DNA of 35,044 nucleotides from contig NC_069001.1 of the NCBI RefSeq assembly GCF_001194135.2, positions 9,644,618-9,679,661 of the forward strand. Reading direction: 5' to 3'. Source of the DNA: Octopus bimaculoides. Its lineage: Eukaryota. Every line of letters starts with the position of its first letter. The stretch's first letter is position 1. The position numbers and the translations under genes were made by a program. The notes beneath the pieces were generated by a model. That model saw nothing but the letters and a program-made list of their open reading frames with translations, did no database searches and was not told the origin of the DNA. This document shows, in pieces, positions 24,081-35,044 of the stretch.

Positions 24081-24699
24081 GTAACTGTTATTTTGTTGAT
24101 CTCACCTTGTTTATCGATAGAAATTCCTAACTGTTTACAGTTTAGAGTTTTAAATGCAACCGTCCACGTTGTTTTCGCACTTGGGTCCAATAAAAGAATT
24201 CGTCCTAATTATTATTATTATCATTATTATTATTATATTTTCTCCTACTCAATTTTGTTTGCATATCTTGCCGAATGTCTTACCGACACTTAGGGCATGA
24301 TTATTATTCTTATTATTATCATAGGCAGCTGACAGCACTACATATTTAAAGAGGCACTTTAGCGTTATTTCTTTCTTCCTTCTGATGTTGTTTTGTACAC
24401 CGATTGGTAGACGTCAAAATAATAAAAGAGCGTTTCATGATTCAAACGATTGAAGTTCCGAGACATTTCTTTTGGAATCTCAAGATTTCTTGGCAGATCA
24501 TAATTTCCACTCAACCCAACCTATCCTTTTGCATTGAACACATCTCCTTCATGTTTCTATATCTTCTGCTTTGGTTTGATTTTGTTTCCAAATGTTTGAA
24601 TTTTCACTTTCCATATTTTTGTATTAATCTTCTTGTATTTCTAATTAATTTGTTTCCGGATAGTCTAAATAGGGAATAAACAGTGAATACATGTACATA

Positions 24700-25170
24700 C
24701 AAAGATATTACATGTGTGTGAGTACAAACATACTTACACACATATATGAATGTATGTATTTATCTGTATAGTATCGCATATACAGATAAAATAAATATGT
24801 ATATATGTGTGTAGATGTAGGTATATATATAAACAAATATATATAAACAAGTATATATACATATATATAAAAACAACTATATATTCGTATGTGTATGTAA
24901 AAATGTGAATATATATACACATATATACATATTTATTTATAAACAAGTATATATATATATATATATATATATATGCGTGTGTGTATGTAAAAATATGCAT
25001 ACATATAAACGTGTGTGTGTATTCGCATATAAATGTACGTATATAATGTGTATCCATTTGCGTATACATATTTCTATAAATGTACATACTTGGATATATA
25101 TAGTGTACATATATATATTCTAGCGTAAATATATGTGTATAAAATACAAAATGTATATACATGATTAATA
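24700..25170. repeat. Low-complexity degenerate (TA)/(TG)/(TACA) region
   Basis: Nearly continuous alternating purine-pyrimidine sequence. Confidence 0.8.
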
Positions 25171-25454
25171 TAATTAGTCCATGGGTTAAAAATCTGGACA
25201 TGCAGTTATATCACAGAAGTAACAAATAAATGTAAGGCTGCATCCGACTAGTTTCCTTCCCCATTGCAGACTCCTTATATAGAGCTTACTTCGAATTGTA
25301 TCTGCCGATTTAAAAAATTTATTTTGCTGTATATGTCAAAGTTTTTTTGTTTTTTTTGTGTGAAAAATAATTACTTAACAGTACGAAATTAAATAACTAG
25401 ACAACCAGTTGAATGTGATGAGAAATACGTATATATTTACTAGTAGAAATATAT

Positions 25455-25819
25455 TGTTGTTGTTGGCACTCCGTCGCTTACGACGACGAGGGTTCCAGTT
25501 GATCTGATCATCGGAACAGCCTGCTCGTGAAATTAACGTGCAAGTGGCTGAGCACTCCACTGACATGTGTACCCTTAACGTAGCTCGGGTGGGGGGGGGT
25601 ATTCAGCGTGACACAGTGTGACAAGGCTGACCCTTTGAATTACAGGCACAACAGGAAGAATGAGAGAAAGTTGTGGTGGAAGAGTACAGCAGGGTTCGCC
25701 ACCATCCCTTACCGGAGCCTCGTGGGGCTTTAGGTGTTTTCGCTCAATAAACACTCACAACGCCCGATCCTATGACCGCGAGTCCGCTGCCGTTACCACT
25801 GGGCCATTGCGCCTCCACG
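25455..25819 (-). mobile_element. tRNA-derived SINE, family C, with (CAA)n tail and 12-bp perfect TSD
   Basis: Minus-strand head GGAGGCGCAATGGCCCAGTGG (A box) and 3' tail ...GGAGTGCCAACAACAACAA. TSD GTAGAAATATAT at 25443-25454 and 25820-25831. Confidence 0.85.
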
Positions 25820-26042
25820 GTAGAAATATATACATATTCCATAATATACATACATGTGTATATTATATATTTAAACATAATAGATTATATATATTTATAT
25901 ACTGAAACGTTGGTATTTTGAATGAAATAGCAGAATTAACTGTTACATAGAACTCCATGTAAATCTGTGTAGATCCAACTTCCAATTAACTATTAAGCAC
26001 AACTTGTCCTCGGATTTTTTATTATATGCATTTGAATAAACC

Positions 26043-26131
26043 GGTACTCCGTCGGATACGACGACGATGGCTCTAGATGATCAAATCCAGAGGAACAGTC
26101 TCTGATTACACAGACACGCGTACCATTAACG
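26043..26131 (-). mobile_element. Degenerate family-C SINE 3' tail fragment
   Basis: GGTACTCCGTCGGATACGACGACGATGG...GGAACAG...GTACCATTAACGTA aligns with 25464-25580. Confidence 0.6.
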
Positions 26132-26134
26132 TAC

Positions 26135-26255
26135 CAATACCTATTTTCTTCTTTTGACCCTGGTACTTATCCTATGAGAATCTTTTGCCGAACCGCTAAT
26201 GTTACGGAGACGAAAACACACCAGCACCGGTTGTCAGGTGGTGGTGGTGGACGAA
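26135..26255 (-). mobile_element. Family-A SINE 3' body fragment
   Basis: Reverse complement CCACCACC-TGACAACCGG...TTAGCGGTTCGGCAAAAG...ATAAGTACCAGG matches 18010-18110. Confidence 0.7.
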
Positions 26256-26264
26256 CACGCACAC

Positions 26265-26311
<47 letters not shown>

Positions 26312-26489
26312 GTTTTAGGGAAAATAACCAATTATCAAGAACTCATCGATGAAAATCCACTATCACATATAGAAAAATTAATAATTAAAAGCACAATAAA
26401 TTTATTATATTTATCTTATGATATTTACTTTACTTTATATTATACTCATTTATTGTGCTTTTAATTATTAATTTTTCTATATGTGATAG

Positions 26490-26972
26490 NNNNNNNNNNN
26501 NNNNNNNNNNNNNNNNNNNNNNNNNNNNNNNNNNNNNNNNNNNNNNNNNNNNNNNNNNNNNNNNNNNNNNNNNNNNNNNNNNNNNNNNNNNNNNNNNNNN
26601 NNNNNNNNNNNNNNNNNNNNNNNNNNNNNNNNNNNNNNNNNNNNNNNNNNNNNNNNNNNNNNNNNNNNNNNNNNNNNNNNNNNNNNNNNNNNNNNNNNNN
26701 NNNNNNNNNNNNNNNNNNNNNNNNNNNNNNNNNNNNNNNNNNNNNNNNNNNNNNNNNNNNNNNNNNNNNNNNNNNNNNNNNNNNNNNNNNNNNNNNNNNN
26801 NNNNNNNNNNNNNNNNNNNNNNNNNNNNNNNNNNNNNNNNNNNNNNNNNNNNNNNNNNNNNNNNNNNNNNNNNNNNNNNNNNNNNNNNNNNNNNNNNNNN
26901 NNNNNNNNNNNNNNNNNNNNNNNNNNNNNNNNNNNNNNNNNNNNNNNNNNNNNNNNNNNNNNNNNNNNNNNN
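26490..26972. other. Assembly gap
   Basis: N run. Confidence 0.99.
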
Positions 26973-27565
26973 GATTCTCTTTAATACATCTCTTCAGTCC
27001 ATTTCCTTCTGCATCACCTTCACAAATAAACAAGTGAAGTGCCGCAGCATTACTTTCACTTTCGTTTTCATACATCAACCTTATTTTGTTACTATCGTTT
27101 ATTTTTGTGACTTCTATAATGTATTGATTTTGTTATTTACTTAGTGTACAATGTACATATTCCGCATAGTTCTAAATGGAGAGAGTATTACATGAGTGAG
27201 AGTAGTGCGTGTTAGCGTGAATAAATAAATATATATATATATATATATATATAGATAGATAGATAGATAGATATACGAATCTGAGTTACTTAAAATATGT
27301 TTATGATATATTTTAAGTTCTAATAGCAAATTCACTGCAACTACTGTGTAGATAACGTTCTCTTATGGTAAAAGCTATAAAAACACTTGCTTGCCCAGTG
27401 CTGCCTGACAGCGGATTCGTAAATACCCAGTTCTGGATTTTTACCCTCCCAATAGGAAATACGGAAGAGAGGTAACCCTGAGGAGATTCAAGGCCTTTAA
27501 AATCAGTCAACACACATTATATATGTGTGTGTGTATGTATCGAAAGACAGACAGACAGTTAAATG

Positions 27566-27581
<16 letters not shown>

Positions 27582-27650
<69 letters not shown>
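27582..27650. repeat. (CA)n microsatellite running into a gap
   Basis: Perfect run. Confidence 0.95.
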
Positions 27651-28453
27651 NNNNNNNNNNNNNNNNNNNNNNNNNNNNNNNNNNNNNNNNNNNNNNNNNN
27701 NNNNNNNNNNNNNNNNNNNNNNNNNNNNNNNNNNNNNNNNNNNNNNNNNNNNNNNNNNNNNNNNNNNNNNNNNNNNNNNNNNNNNNNNNNNNNNNNNNNN
27801 NNNNNNNNNNNNNNNNNNNNNNNNNNNNNNNNNNNNNNNNNNNNNNNNNNNNNNNNNNNNNNNNNNNNNNNNNNNNNNNNNNNNNNNNNNNNNNNNNNNN
27901 NNNNNNNNNNNNNNNNNNNNNNNNNNNNNNNNNNNNNNNNNNNNNNNNNNNNNNNNNNNNNNNNNNNNNNNNNNNNNNNNNNNNNNNNNNNNNNNNNNNN
28001 NNNNNNNNNNNNNNNNNNNNNNNNNNNNNNNNNNNNNNNNNNNNNNNNNNNNNNNNNNNNNNNNNNNNNNNNNNNNNNNNNNNNNNNNNNNNNNNNNNNN
28101 NNNNNNNNNNNNNNNNNNNNNNNNNNNNNNNNNNNNNNNNNNNNNNNNNNNNNNNNNNNNNNNNNNNNNNNNNNNNNNNNNNNNNNNNNNNNNNNNNNNN
28201 NNNNNNNNNNNNNNNNNNNNNNNNNNNNNNNNNNNNNNNNNNNNNNNNNNNNNNNNNNNNNNNNNNNNNNNNNNNNNNNNNNNNNNNNNNNNNNNNNNNN
28301 NNNNNNNNNNNNNNNNNNNNNNNNNNNNNNNNNNNNNNNNNNNNNNNNNNNNNNNNNNNNNNNNNNNNNNNNNNNNNNNNNNNNNNNNNNNNNNNNNNNN
28401 NNNNNNNNNNNNNNNNNNNNNNNNNNNNNNNNNNNNNNNNNNNNNNNNNNNNN
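27651..28453. other. Assembly gap
   Basis: N run. Confidence 0.99.
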
Positions 28454-28592
28454 GTAGATGTCCTATTATAGGCATCTCTATATTTTAAATGAATAATATA
28501 TATGTAGTCTATTGACTAATTTTTTATTCTCGCTGGACCACTGGTGGTAAATTAAATTTCTAAAATTTATTTTGCTGCCCTATGATTAATAA

Positions 28593-28594
<2 letters not shown>

Positions 28595-28627
<33 letters not shown>
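28595..28627. repeat. (TA)n microsatellite
   Basis: Perfect run. Confidence 0.95.
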
Positions 28628-28632
<5 letters not shown>

Positions 28633-28672
28633 CCTACCTGTCTACATACATACAAACACATAGCATATATAT

Positions 28673-28823
28673 ATTTTTTCTTTTACTCTTTCACTTGCTT
28701 TAGTCATTTAAGTGCGGCCATGCGGGAGCATCGTCTTAAATGTTTTTGTTTTTTTTAGTTGGAGAAATCGACCTCGGGACTTATTCTTTGTAAGCCTAGT
28801 CTTTATTTTATTGGTCTCTTTTA
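28673..28823 (-). mobile_element. Family-A SINE 3' end (5'-truncated)
   Basis: Reverse complement ...GAATAAGTCCCGAGGTCGATTT...AAGACGATGCTCCCGCATGGCCGCACTTAAATGACTAAAGCAAGTGAAAGAG matches 18100-18345 once the insertion there is removed. Confidence 0.75.
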
Positions 28824-29135
28824 GATATATTTTTGTACTTAGTATAAGATGAGCAGAACGTGTTTTGATCTCAATCCAAAATTACGTTTAAATTAGTCCT
28901 CGCCACGCAGAATGTCGTAACTTGCAGGCGTAAAATAGGAAATGTGAATGTGTTGAAGTCTTCATCTCTTCTTTAGATATCAAAGCATATCATTTCATTG
29001 TGCAACACAAAGAAAGTTTTAATTCTACTCCTTTATACCTCGGCAGATGAAGCGCTGGGCAGAGTACTAATTATGCACCCACTTTGCAGAAACACAATTG
29101 CGTTGCAGGATAATATACACACAATAGATATATGG

Positions 29136-29136
<1 letters not shown>

Positions 29137-29178
<42 letters not shown>
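29137..29178. repeat. (TG)n microsatellite running into a gap
   Basis: Perfect run. Confidence 0.95.
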
Positions 29179-29593
29179 NNNNNNNNNNNNNNNNNNNNNN
29201 NNNNNNNNNNNNNNNNNNNNNNNNNNNNNNNNNNNNNNNNNNNNNNNNNNNNNNNNNNNNNNNNNNNNNNNNNNNNNNNNNNNNNNNNNNNNNNNNNNNN
29301 NNNNNNNNNNNNNNNNNNNNNNNNNNNNNNNNNNNNNNNNNNNNNNNNNNNNNNNNNNNNNNNNNNNNNNNNNNNNNNNNNNNNNNNNNNNNNNNNNNNN
29401 NNNNNNNNNNNNNNNNNNNNNNNNNNNNNNNNNNNNNNNNNNNNNNNNNNNNNNNNNNNNNNNNNNNNNNNNNNNNNNNNNNNNNNNNNNNNNNNNNNNN
29501 NNNNNNNNNNNNNNNNNNNNNNNNNNNNNNNNNNNNNNNNNNNNNNNNNNNNNNNNNNNNNNNNNNNNNNNNNNNNNNNNNNNNNNNNNNNNN
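29179..29593. other. Assembly gap
   Basis: N run. Confidence 0.99.

Positions 29594-29661
<68 letters not shown>
29594..29661. repeat. (AGAT)n microsatellite
   Basis: Perfect tetranucleotide run. Confidence 0.95.
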
Positions 29662-29663
<2 letters not shown>

Positions 29664-29883
29664 GGGGACGAGCTGGCAGAAACGTTAGCATGCCGGGCGA
29701 AATGCTTAGCGGTATTTCGTCTGCCGCTACGTTCTGAGTTCAAATTCCGCCGAGGTCGACTTTGCCTTTCATCCTTTCCGGGTCGATGAATTAAGTACCA
29801 GTCGATCTAATCGACTTAATCCGTTTGCCAGTCCTTGTTTGCCCCCTCTCTGTTTAGCTCCTTGTGGGCAATAAAGAAATAAG
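29664..29883 (+). mobile_element. tRNA-derived SINE, family B (variant 3' end)
   Basis: GACGAGCTGGCAGAAACGTTAGCATGCCGGGCG head and B box GAGTTCAAATTCC. It is homologous to 23657-23850 over ~140 bp and ends in AATAAAGAAATAAG. Confidence 0.88.
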
Positions 29884-30621
29884 ATATATAGATAGATATA
29901 CGTGTGTGTGTGTATTTTGCAAGATTTTCTATGCGAAAACGCGTGTTTAAATAGATATTGTTACACGTCGGGGACGGTCATATTTTGCCATTTGAACACA
30001 CACACACTGTTTATCTGAATTTCACTTAGTTTTATCATTTATTTATTGCAGTTTATCTGTCAAAAAAAAAAATGGGAGAATAAAACTGAAGTGAAGACCG
30101 GATAAACAGTGCGTGTGTTTAATTGGCAAAACATGACTATCCCCAAGTATAACAATGTATGTATCACTCGTGGTCATTGAAGATAAGATTGAAGGAAAGG
30201 TTTTCAAACGAAACTCTTGCTCCAGGAGCAATTTCTATTGCATCATCAAATGTGGAGTGCGTTTAAGTATGCGGTTACATACTCGTGTGTATGCGTGCAT
30301 GACCCACATTAAGAATATTTAGCAGAAGTGTGATACTAGCAAAAATATATTAACTGTTTTCAATAATGACATTGTAACTGATCAATATAATAATGAGATT
30401 AAAGGCAGATCAAGATAATTGTAACAGCTTGTCAAAATGTGCTGCCCTATATATATAGATCACACACACACACACACATGTATGTATATATATGCATAAA
30501 GAGACGTGTGTGTGTATATATATATATATGCATAGTCTTGTATATGTGTATATATACATACACATATATCTAACCATCATTATATATATTCGTATATACA
30601 CACCCCTGCATACATACATAC

Positions 30622-30675
<54 letters not shown>

Positions 30676-31528
30676 GAGAGCCATGCATATATATACACAG
30701 CCAAGCATATATATATATATGTATAGGCATACATACACACACACACACACACCCAGTGTTTCCACAATATTATCGTTCACTAAATTCCTCTACTAAATAT
30801 CAATCAAAGCCGAGGTTGTGAGATTGCTGCAAAACACACCTGTACTCTATACACGGTACTCTATTTCGTTTTCAAATCTAGAAACGTGGTTGTGTAACTA
30901 TCTTCTTAACCATTTCTATGTCTGTGCCAACAATATCTGTTCGAACTTTCCCCCACGTGGACCTAATCCATGTACACTAGTTTGCGGTTACGTAGATGTG
31001 GTCGGCACTCGCTGATGACGGAATAATTCGTTCAGATCATCCTCACCCCTTTTGGTGATTGTTATCAGCAAATTTAACGAGATGGAGCCCTTCCTTCTAC
31101 ACGTTCAATTTCCATCTAAAGTGGAACTTAAAAAATTTGAATGAGGGCGTAATTAAAGAGGAAAATGTCTTTCTTTGATCCACTCAGTCTTGTCTGCTTC
31201 ACAATATCTTTCGTTATGGTCAGCAGCCAAAATAAGGGGTTCTTTTTTTTTTTTTGTGTGTGTGTGGTATAACGCTAATCGAAAGGGAGGGCACTGCAAG
31301 GATAAATAGGATTATGACGGGATGCATCATTCCGCGGCTAGGCCTGTATTTCTCTATACCTAAATATTTTGGGTGCTAACACTAACGTGCTAACGGGGCT
31401 TCACTATACTGATGCCTAACGTGGAGCTTTTCTACTCTTAGTATTCATCTTTTGCTAGCTGACAGGAAGGAAACAACGTGTAGTAAAATGCTACGTTGAA
31501 GGACGAACGCGGCAAGCGAGCGGGAAAT

Positions 31529-31802
31529 NNNNNNNNNNNNNNNNNNNNNNNNNNNNNNNNNNNNNNNNNNNNNNNNNNNNNNNNNNNNNNNNNNNNNNNN
31601 NNNNNNNNNNNNNNNNNNNNNNNNNNNNNNNNNNNNNNNNNNNNNNNNNNNNNNNNNNNNNNNNNNNNNNNNNNNNNNNNNNNNNNNNNNNNNNNNNNNN
31701 NNNNNNNNNNNNNNNNNNNNNNNNNNNNNNNNNNNNNNNNNNNNNNNNNNNNNNNNNNNNNNNNNNNNNNNNNNNNNNNNNNNNNNNNNNNNNNNNNNNN
31801 NN
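31529..31802. other. Assembly gap
   Basis: N run. Confidence 0.99.
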
Positions 31803-32020
31803 ACCTCTAAGCATTTTGCTCGGCATGCCAACGATTCTATTAGTACGGGCGGAATTTGAACTCAGAACGAAAAGACGAAACGTGGCTACGCTAAGTATTT
31901 TGCTCGGCATGCCAACGATTCTACCAGTACGGGCGGAATTTGAACTCGGAACGAAAAGACGAAACGTGGCTACGCTAAGTATTTTGCTCGGCATGCCAAC
32001 GATTCTACCAGTACGCCACC
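31803..32020 (-). repeat. 84-bp tandem repeat (at least 2.5 copies) of the family-B SINE tRNA head
   Basis: CTAAG anchors at 31807, 31891 and 31975. The minus-strand unit carries TGGTAGAATCGTTGG (A-box-like) and GAGTTCAAATTCC (B box). Confidence 0.88.
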
Positions 32021-32412
32021 TGAACGGAAAACAATAATAATAATAGAAAAGGAAAAAGCAAGTCAGCATATCAGACGGCAATGTGAGAGAAAGTTTAACG
32101 GAATAACACAAATTGAGGTTTACAGTTGCTTACAGTTGTGAAGTAAATAAACGAACACAAGTCTATAATCTATTTAAAACTAAGCTCACATTTTTATTAG
32201 GGTTAAAAGTGGTAGGTTTTTATTTAATGTAATGACAGAGCAAATCTCCTGATTAACTTCATTTCGCTCTCTCCCCACCCACCCCTCTCTCTCTCTCCTA
32301 TCTCTTCGCCGTTTTTTTTTTTTCTTTTCCATTTGTATTCTGCTTTGCTGCTGATGATTATAATGATAATATACTTACTTGTCGCCTAGAGGCATACACA
32401 TATAAATATAAG

Positions 32413-32446
<34 letters not shown>

Positions 32447-33239
32447 TATGTGAGTGTGCGTGTGTGAGTATATATACATATATACATTTACATAAAATTC
32501 TTATATATATGTATACATACATTTACTTATTGTATATACGTGTGTGTAACGTATCAACATATATACACACACGTACATTCTTATGTGTGTGTGTATAGAT
32601 AGATAGATAGATAGATAGGTAAACAACTATAAACATACACACGCACATACATACATACATATACGCACGTACACTCCTTTAATAATATGTTTTCATCACT
32701 TAAGGGTGTAATTTAAATACACTGAAATTTCTTCTCCCGCTACATCCAGACATCTTAGCGCCCATTTTACAATTAATGAAATAAAATCGTGATGACCTGG
32801 TATCTTTCTATCTTCCTTTCACATTTGCTTCTTTTTTTCTTTCTTTCTTCTTCTTCTTCTTCTTCAGCAGTTTATTCATTCGTTCATTTATTTGTTTTTT
32901 AACCAGCGGTCACTCAGTAAAACGGATTTGGTTAGAGATAACGATGAGGTCATTGAGCAAAATGCATTATTTTAATTTACGACACAGCGGTCATTGCGTT
33001 TTTATGGATTTACAATGAAAACGCTTGGCAGTTAGTGGCTTCAGATTTTCAATAGAGTGGCCACCATTCATACATGGACTACGTGCAAAATGCTTCTATT
33101 CTTGTTTGTATTGTCGTTGCTCTCAGGGTATTCCAGTGGGGGCACACCCCTGTTGAAAGTGTTCCATCCGTGACCTTTTATATTCTAGACAATATGCTTT
33201 CTTCTACAGTCAATTATATAACTGATCATACAGAATACA

Positions 33240-33371
33240 AAGAAGTTTGCTTCACCACCACATGGTTCCAGGTTCAGTCCCACTGCGAGGCACCTTGGGC
33301 GATTATCTTCTGCTATAGCCTCGGGATTACCAGTCTTGTGAGTGGATTTGGTAGACGGAAACTGAAAGGAG

Positions 33372-33409
<38 letters not shown>

Positions 33410-33533
33410 CACACAAGTATGTGTGTGTTCGCCCCTCGTATCTTAGCGGTTCGGCAAAAGCGACTGATAGAATAAGTACTAGTACAAGGGTCGATTTGTT
33501 CGACAAAAAATCTTCAAGGTGATGTCCCAACAT
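33240..33533 (+). mobile_element. tRNA-derived SINE, family A (5' end missing, 3' end in gap)
   Basis: B box GGTTCAGTCCC and GGATTTGGTAGACGGAAACTG are shared with 17803-18143. Confidence 0.8.
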
Positions 33534-34021
33534 NNNNNNNNNNNNNNNNNNNNNNNNNNNNNNNNNNNNNNNNNNNNNNNNNNNNNNNNNNNNNNNNNNN
33601 NNNNNNNNNNNNNNNNNNNNNNNNNNNNNNNNNNNNNNNNNNNNNNNNNNNNNNNNNNNNNNNNNNNNNNNNNNNNNNNNNNNNNNNNNNNNNNNNNNNN
33701 NNNNNNNNNNNNNNNNNNNNNNNNNNNNNNNNNNNNNNNNNNNNNNNNNNNNNNNNNNNNNNNNNNNNNNNNNNNNNNNNNNNNNNNNNNNNNNNNNNNN
33801 NNNNNNNNNNNNNNNNNNNNNNNNNNNNNNNNNNNNNNNNNNNNNNNNNNNNNNNNNNNNNNNNNNNNNNNNNNNNNNNNNNNNNNNNNNNNNNNNNNNN
33901 NNNNNNNNNNNNNNNNNNNNNNNNNNNNNNNNNNNNNNNNNNNNNNNNNNNNNNNNNNNNNNNNNNNNNNNNNNNNNNNNNNNNNNNNNNNNNNNNNNNN
34001 NNNNNNNNNNNNNNNNNNNNN
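33534..34021. other. Assembly gap
   Basis: N run. Confidence 0.99.
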
Positions 34022-34279
34022 AAATTCGGGGAACTAAAAATTACAAAAACGACTGATAATAGAAGAAAAATTAAAATAAAATGATAATATGCAAGAATGA
34101 AAAAACGAGGCGCAATGTCCACTCGATCCCCGAAGTCGGGTGATTACATTTATCCAGTTTTTTCACTTTTACGTTAAATATTTTAACGGTTTTGCAACAC
34201 AAAAAGCTTAAATACTCGCGTTATTTTCCGCCCATTAATCAGTGTTACTTCCGTGTTTATCAACTGTAGATAATCAGTT

Positions 34280-35044
34280 CTAGTGGGTCTCCACCAACCA
34301 AACCGGTTTCGTTGTTATATTTTCACCAAGTTCTTTTATGTACTCCCAGTAGTTTTCCTCATGTATCAAAATGCATTTTTCAGCACAGGTCTCTGGCATC
34401 TTCACTCTTATTTCCTCCAGCTTCGCGACTTTTCTCTCCATCTGCTCATTCTTTTTGTACTTTATCAAAACCCCCTTGTATTTGACATCTTTATCCATTC
34501 TCTCCTCCTCTTCTTGTACGTTATTAGTTTCTGGCTTTTCTATCTCCTTTTAGTTTTCTGTTGACCGTTCCTTTGACTATTTTATTTCGCTTTGAAGGGT
34601 TAGTAGCTCCATTTTCGTTCTTCTTTGTTTTCTCAGTTTCACACTTCTGTCTCTCTTTCATTTCCTCAGTGTGGTTTGCAATGTGTTCCTCCTTTGCTTG
34701 TGCTTTCTCTTGCTGTGGCTGTGTGAACTCATATAGTGGGCATTTGGTCTTCATATGACCTCTTTCCCCGCATATGTAGCAATTTGGTTTCCTTCCCTCG
34801 ACTACAACATTTAACGTTCTCTCATCTTCCACTTCTATCTGGTAGAGAATTCTTTCTATGTCCTCGAATGTGGCAAAAAGCCGCATTTCGAGTCCAAATC
34901 CCCACCAGTTGCGTACTTGTGTTTCGGCCACTGGTCCCAATTCCGGATCCTCCTTGGTTGCAGCCAGAACTGTTGCAACCAGCCACCCCGGTTTAATTTA
35001 TGATGGCACTCTGGGAGTACGTATTCTCACACTTCTTCTTCTTC
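34280..35044 (-). pseudogene. Disrupted gag/ORF1-like CCHC zinc-knuckle protein of a retroelement (L1/Tx1-like suspected); 5' part outside the window
   Basis: VVVEGRKPNCYICGERGHMKTKCP contains a C-X2-C-X4-H-X4-C knuckle followed by a K/E-rich tail. The frame extends upstream as RRRSVRIRTPRVPS*IKPGWLVATVL..., with an in-frame TAA at 35000-34998. A frameshift near 34550 links it to KEIEKPETNNVQEEEERMDKDV...VETH*. Confidence 0.75.

Noticed and set aside
24340-24620. Minus-strand open stretch ...NYDLPRNLEIPKEMSRNF...
   Set aside because: It is interrupted by stops and has no motif I can assign.
29040-29110. CAGATGA...GAAAC-ACAATTGC-GTT hammerhead-like spacing
   Set aside because: The core is non-canonical and neither stem I nor stem II is contiguous.
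30985-31045. Possible highly degenerate family-C SINE tail (GGCACTCGCTGATGACGG...)
   Set aside because: The similarity is too short and gapped to support a call. The CTGATGA it contains has no downstream GAAA or stems.
32904-32995. Three GGTCA(C/T)T motifs resembling nuclear-receptor half sites
   Set aside because: Short motifs without canonical paired spacing cannot be distinguished from chance without conservation or chromatin data.
19072-34122. Long ORFs containing X runs or IYIY/THTH/CVCV repeats
   Set aside because: They are artefacts of N gaps and dinucleotide microsatellites.
34108-34132. GAGGCGCAATG...TCGATCCCC resembling a collapsed family-C SINE head
   Set aside because: Only an 11-bp match, with no SINE body following.

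Overview
This is a eukaryotic, AT-rich, gap-ridden draft-assembly window with no recognisable host-gene exon. The SINE families and microsatellite load look like an octopus (cephalopod) genome; that is my inference from recalled repeat sequences, not a database result. Positions 1-16,666 are one CpG-dense satellite built from 4-bp words (GAAC/GTAC and single-base variants) arranged into recurring longer modules. Its polarity flips at 7993/7994: the A-rich strand is on + to the left and on - to the right. All long RSFV/RTYV/NERT ORFs there are artefacts of the 4-bp period. Positions 16.7-35 kb hold microsatellites, seven N gaps, at least three tRNA-derived SINE families and a tRNA-like pseudogene. 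A disrupted CCHC zinc-knuckle ORF1-like retroelement sequence runs off the right end. The most notable items are: (1) a compact type I hammerhead ribozyme motif at 21455-21502 (-) with a palindromic loop III, plus a decayed second one ~1.1 kb away; (2) the inverted satellite architecture and its CpG-decay signature; (3) a locally templated 159-bp insertion inside a SINE; (4) a tandem multimer of a SINE Pol III head.
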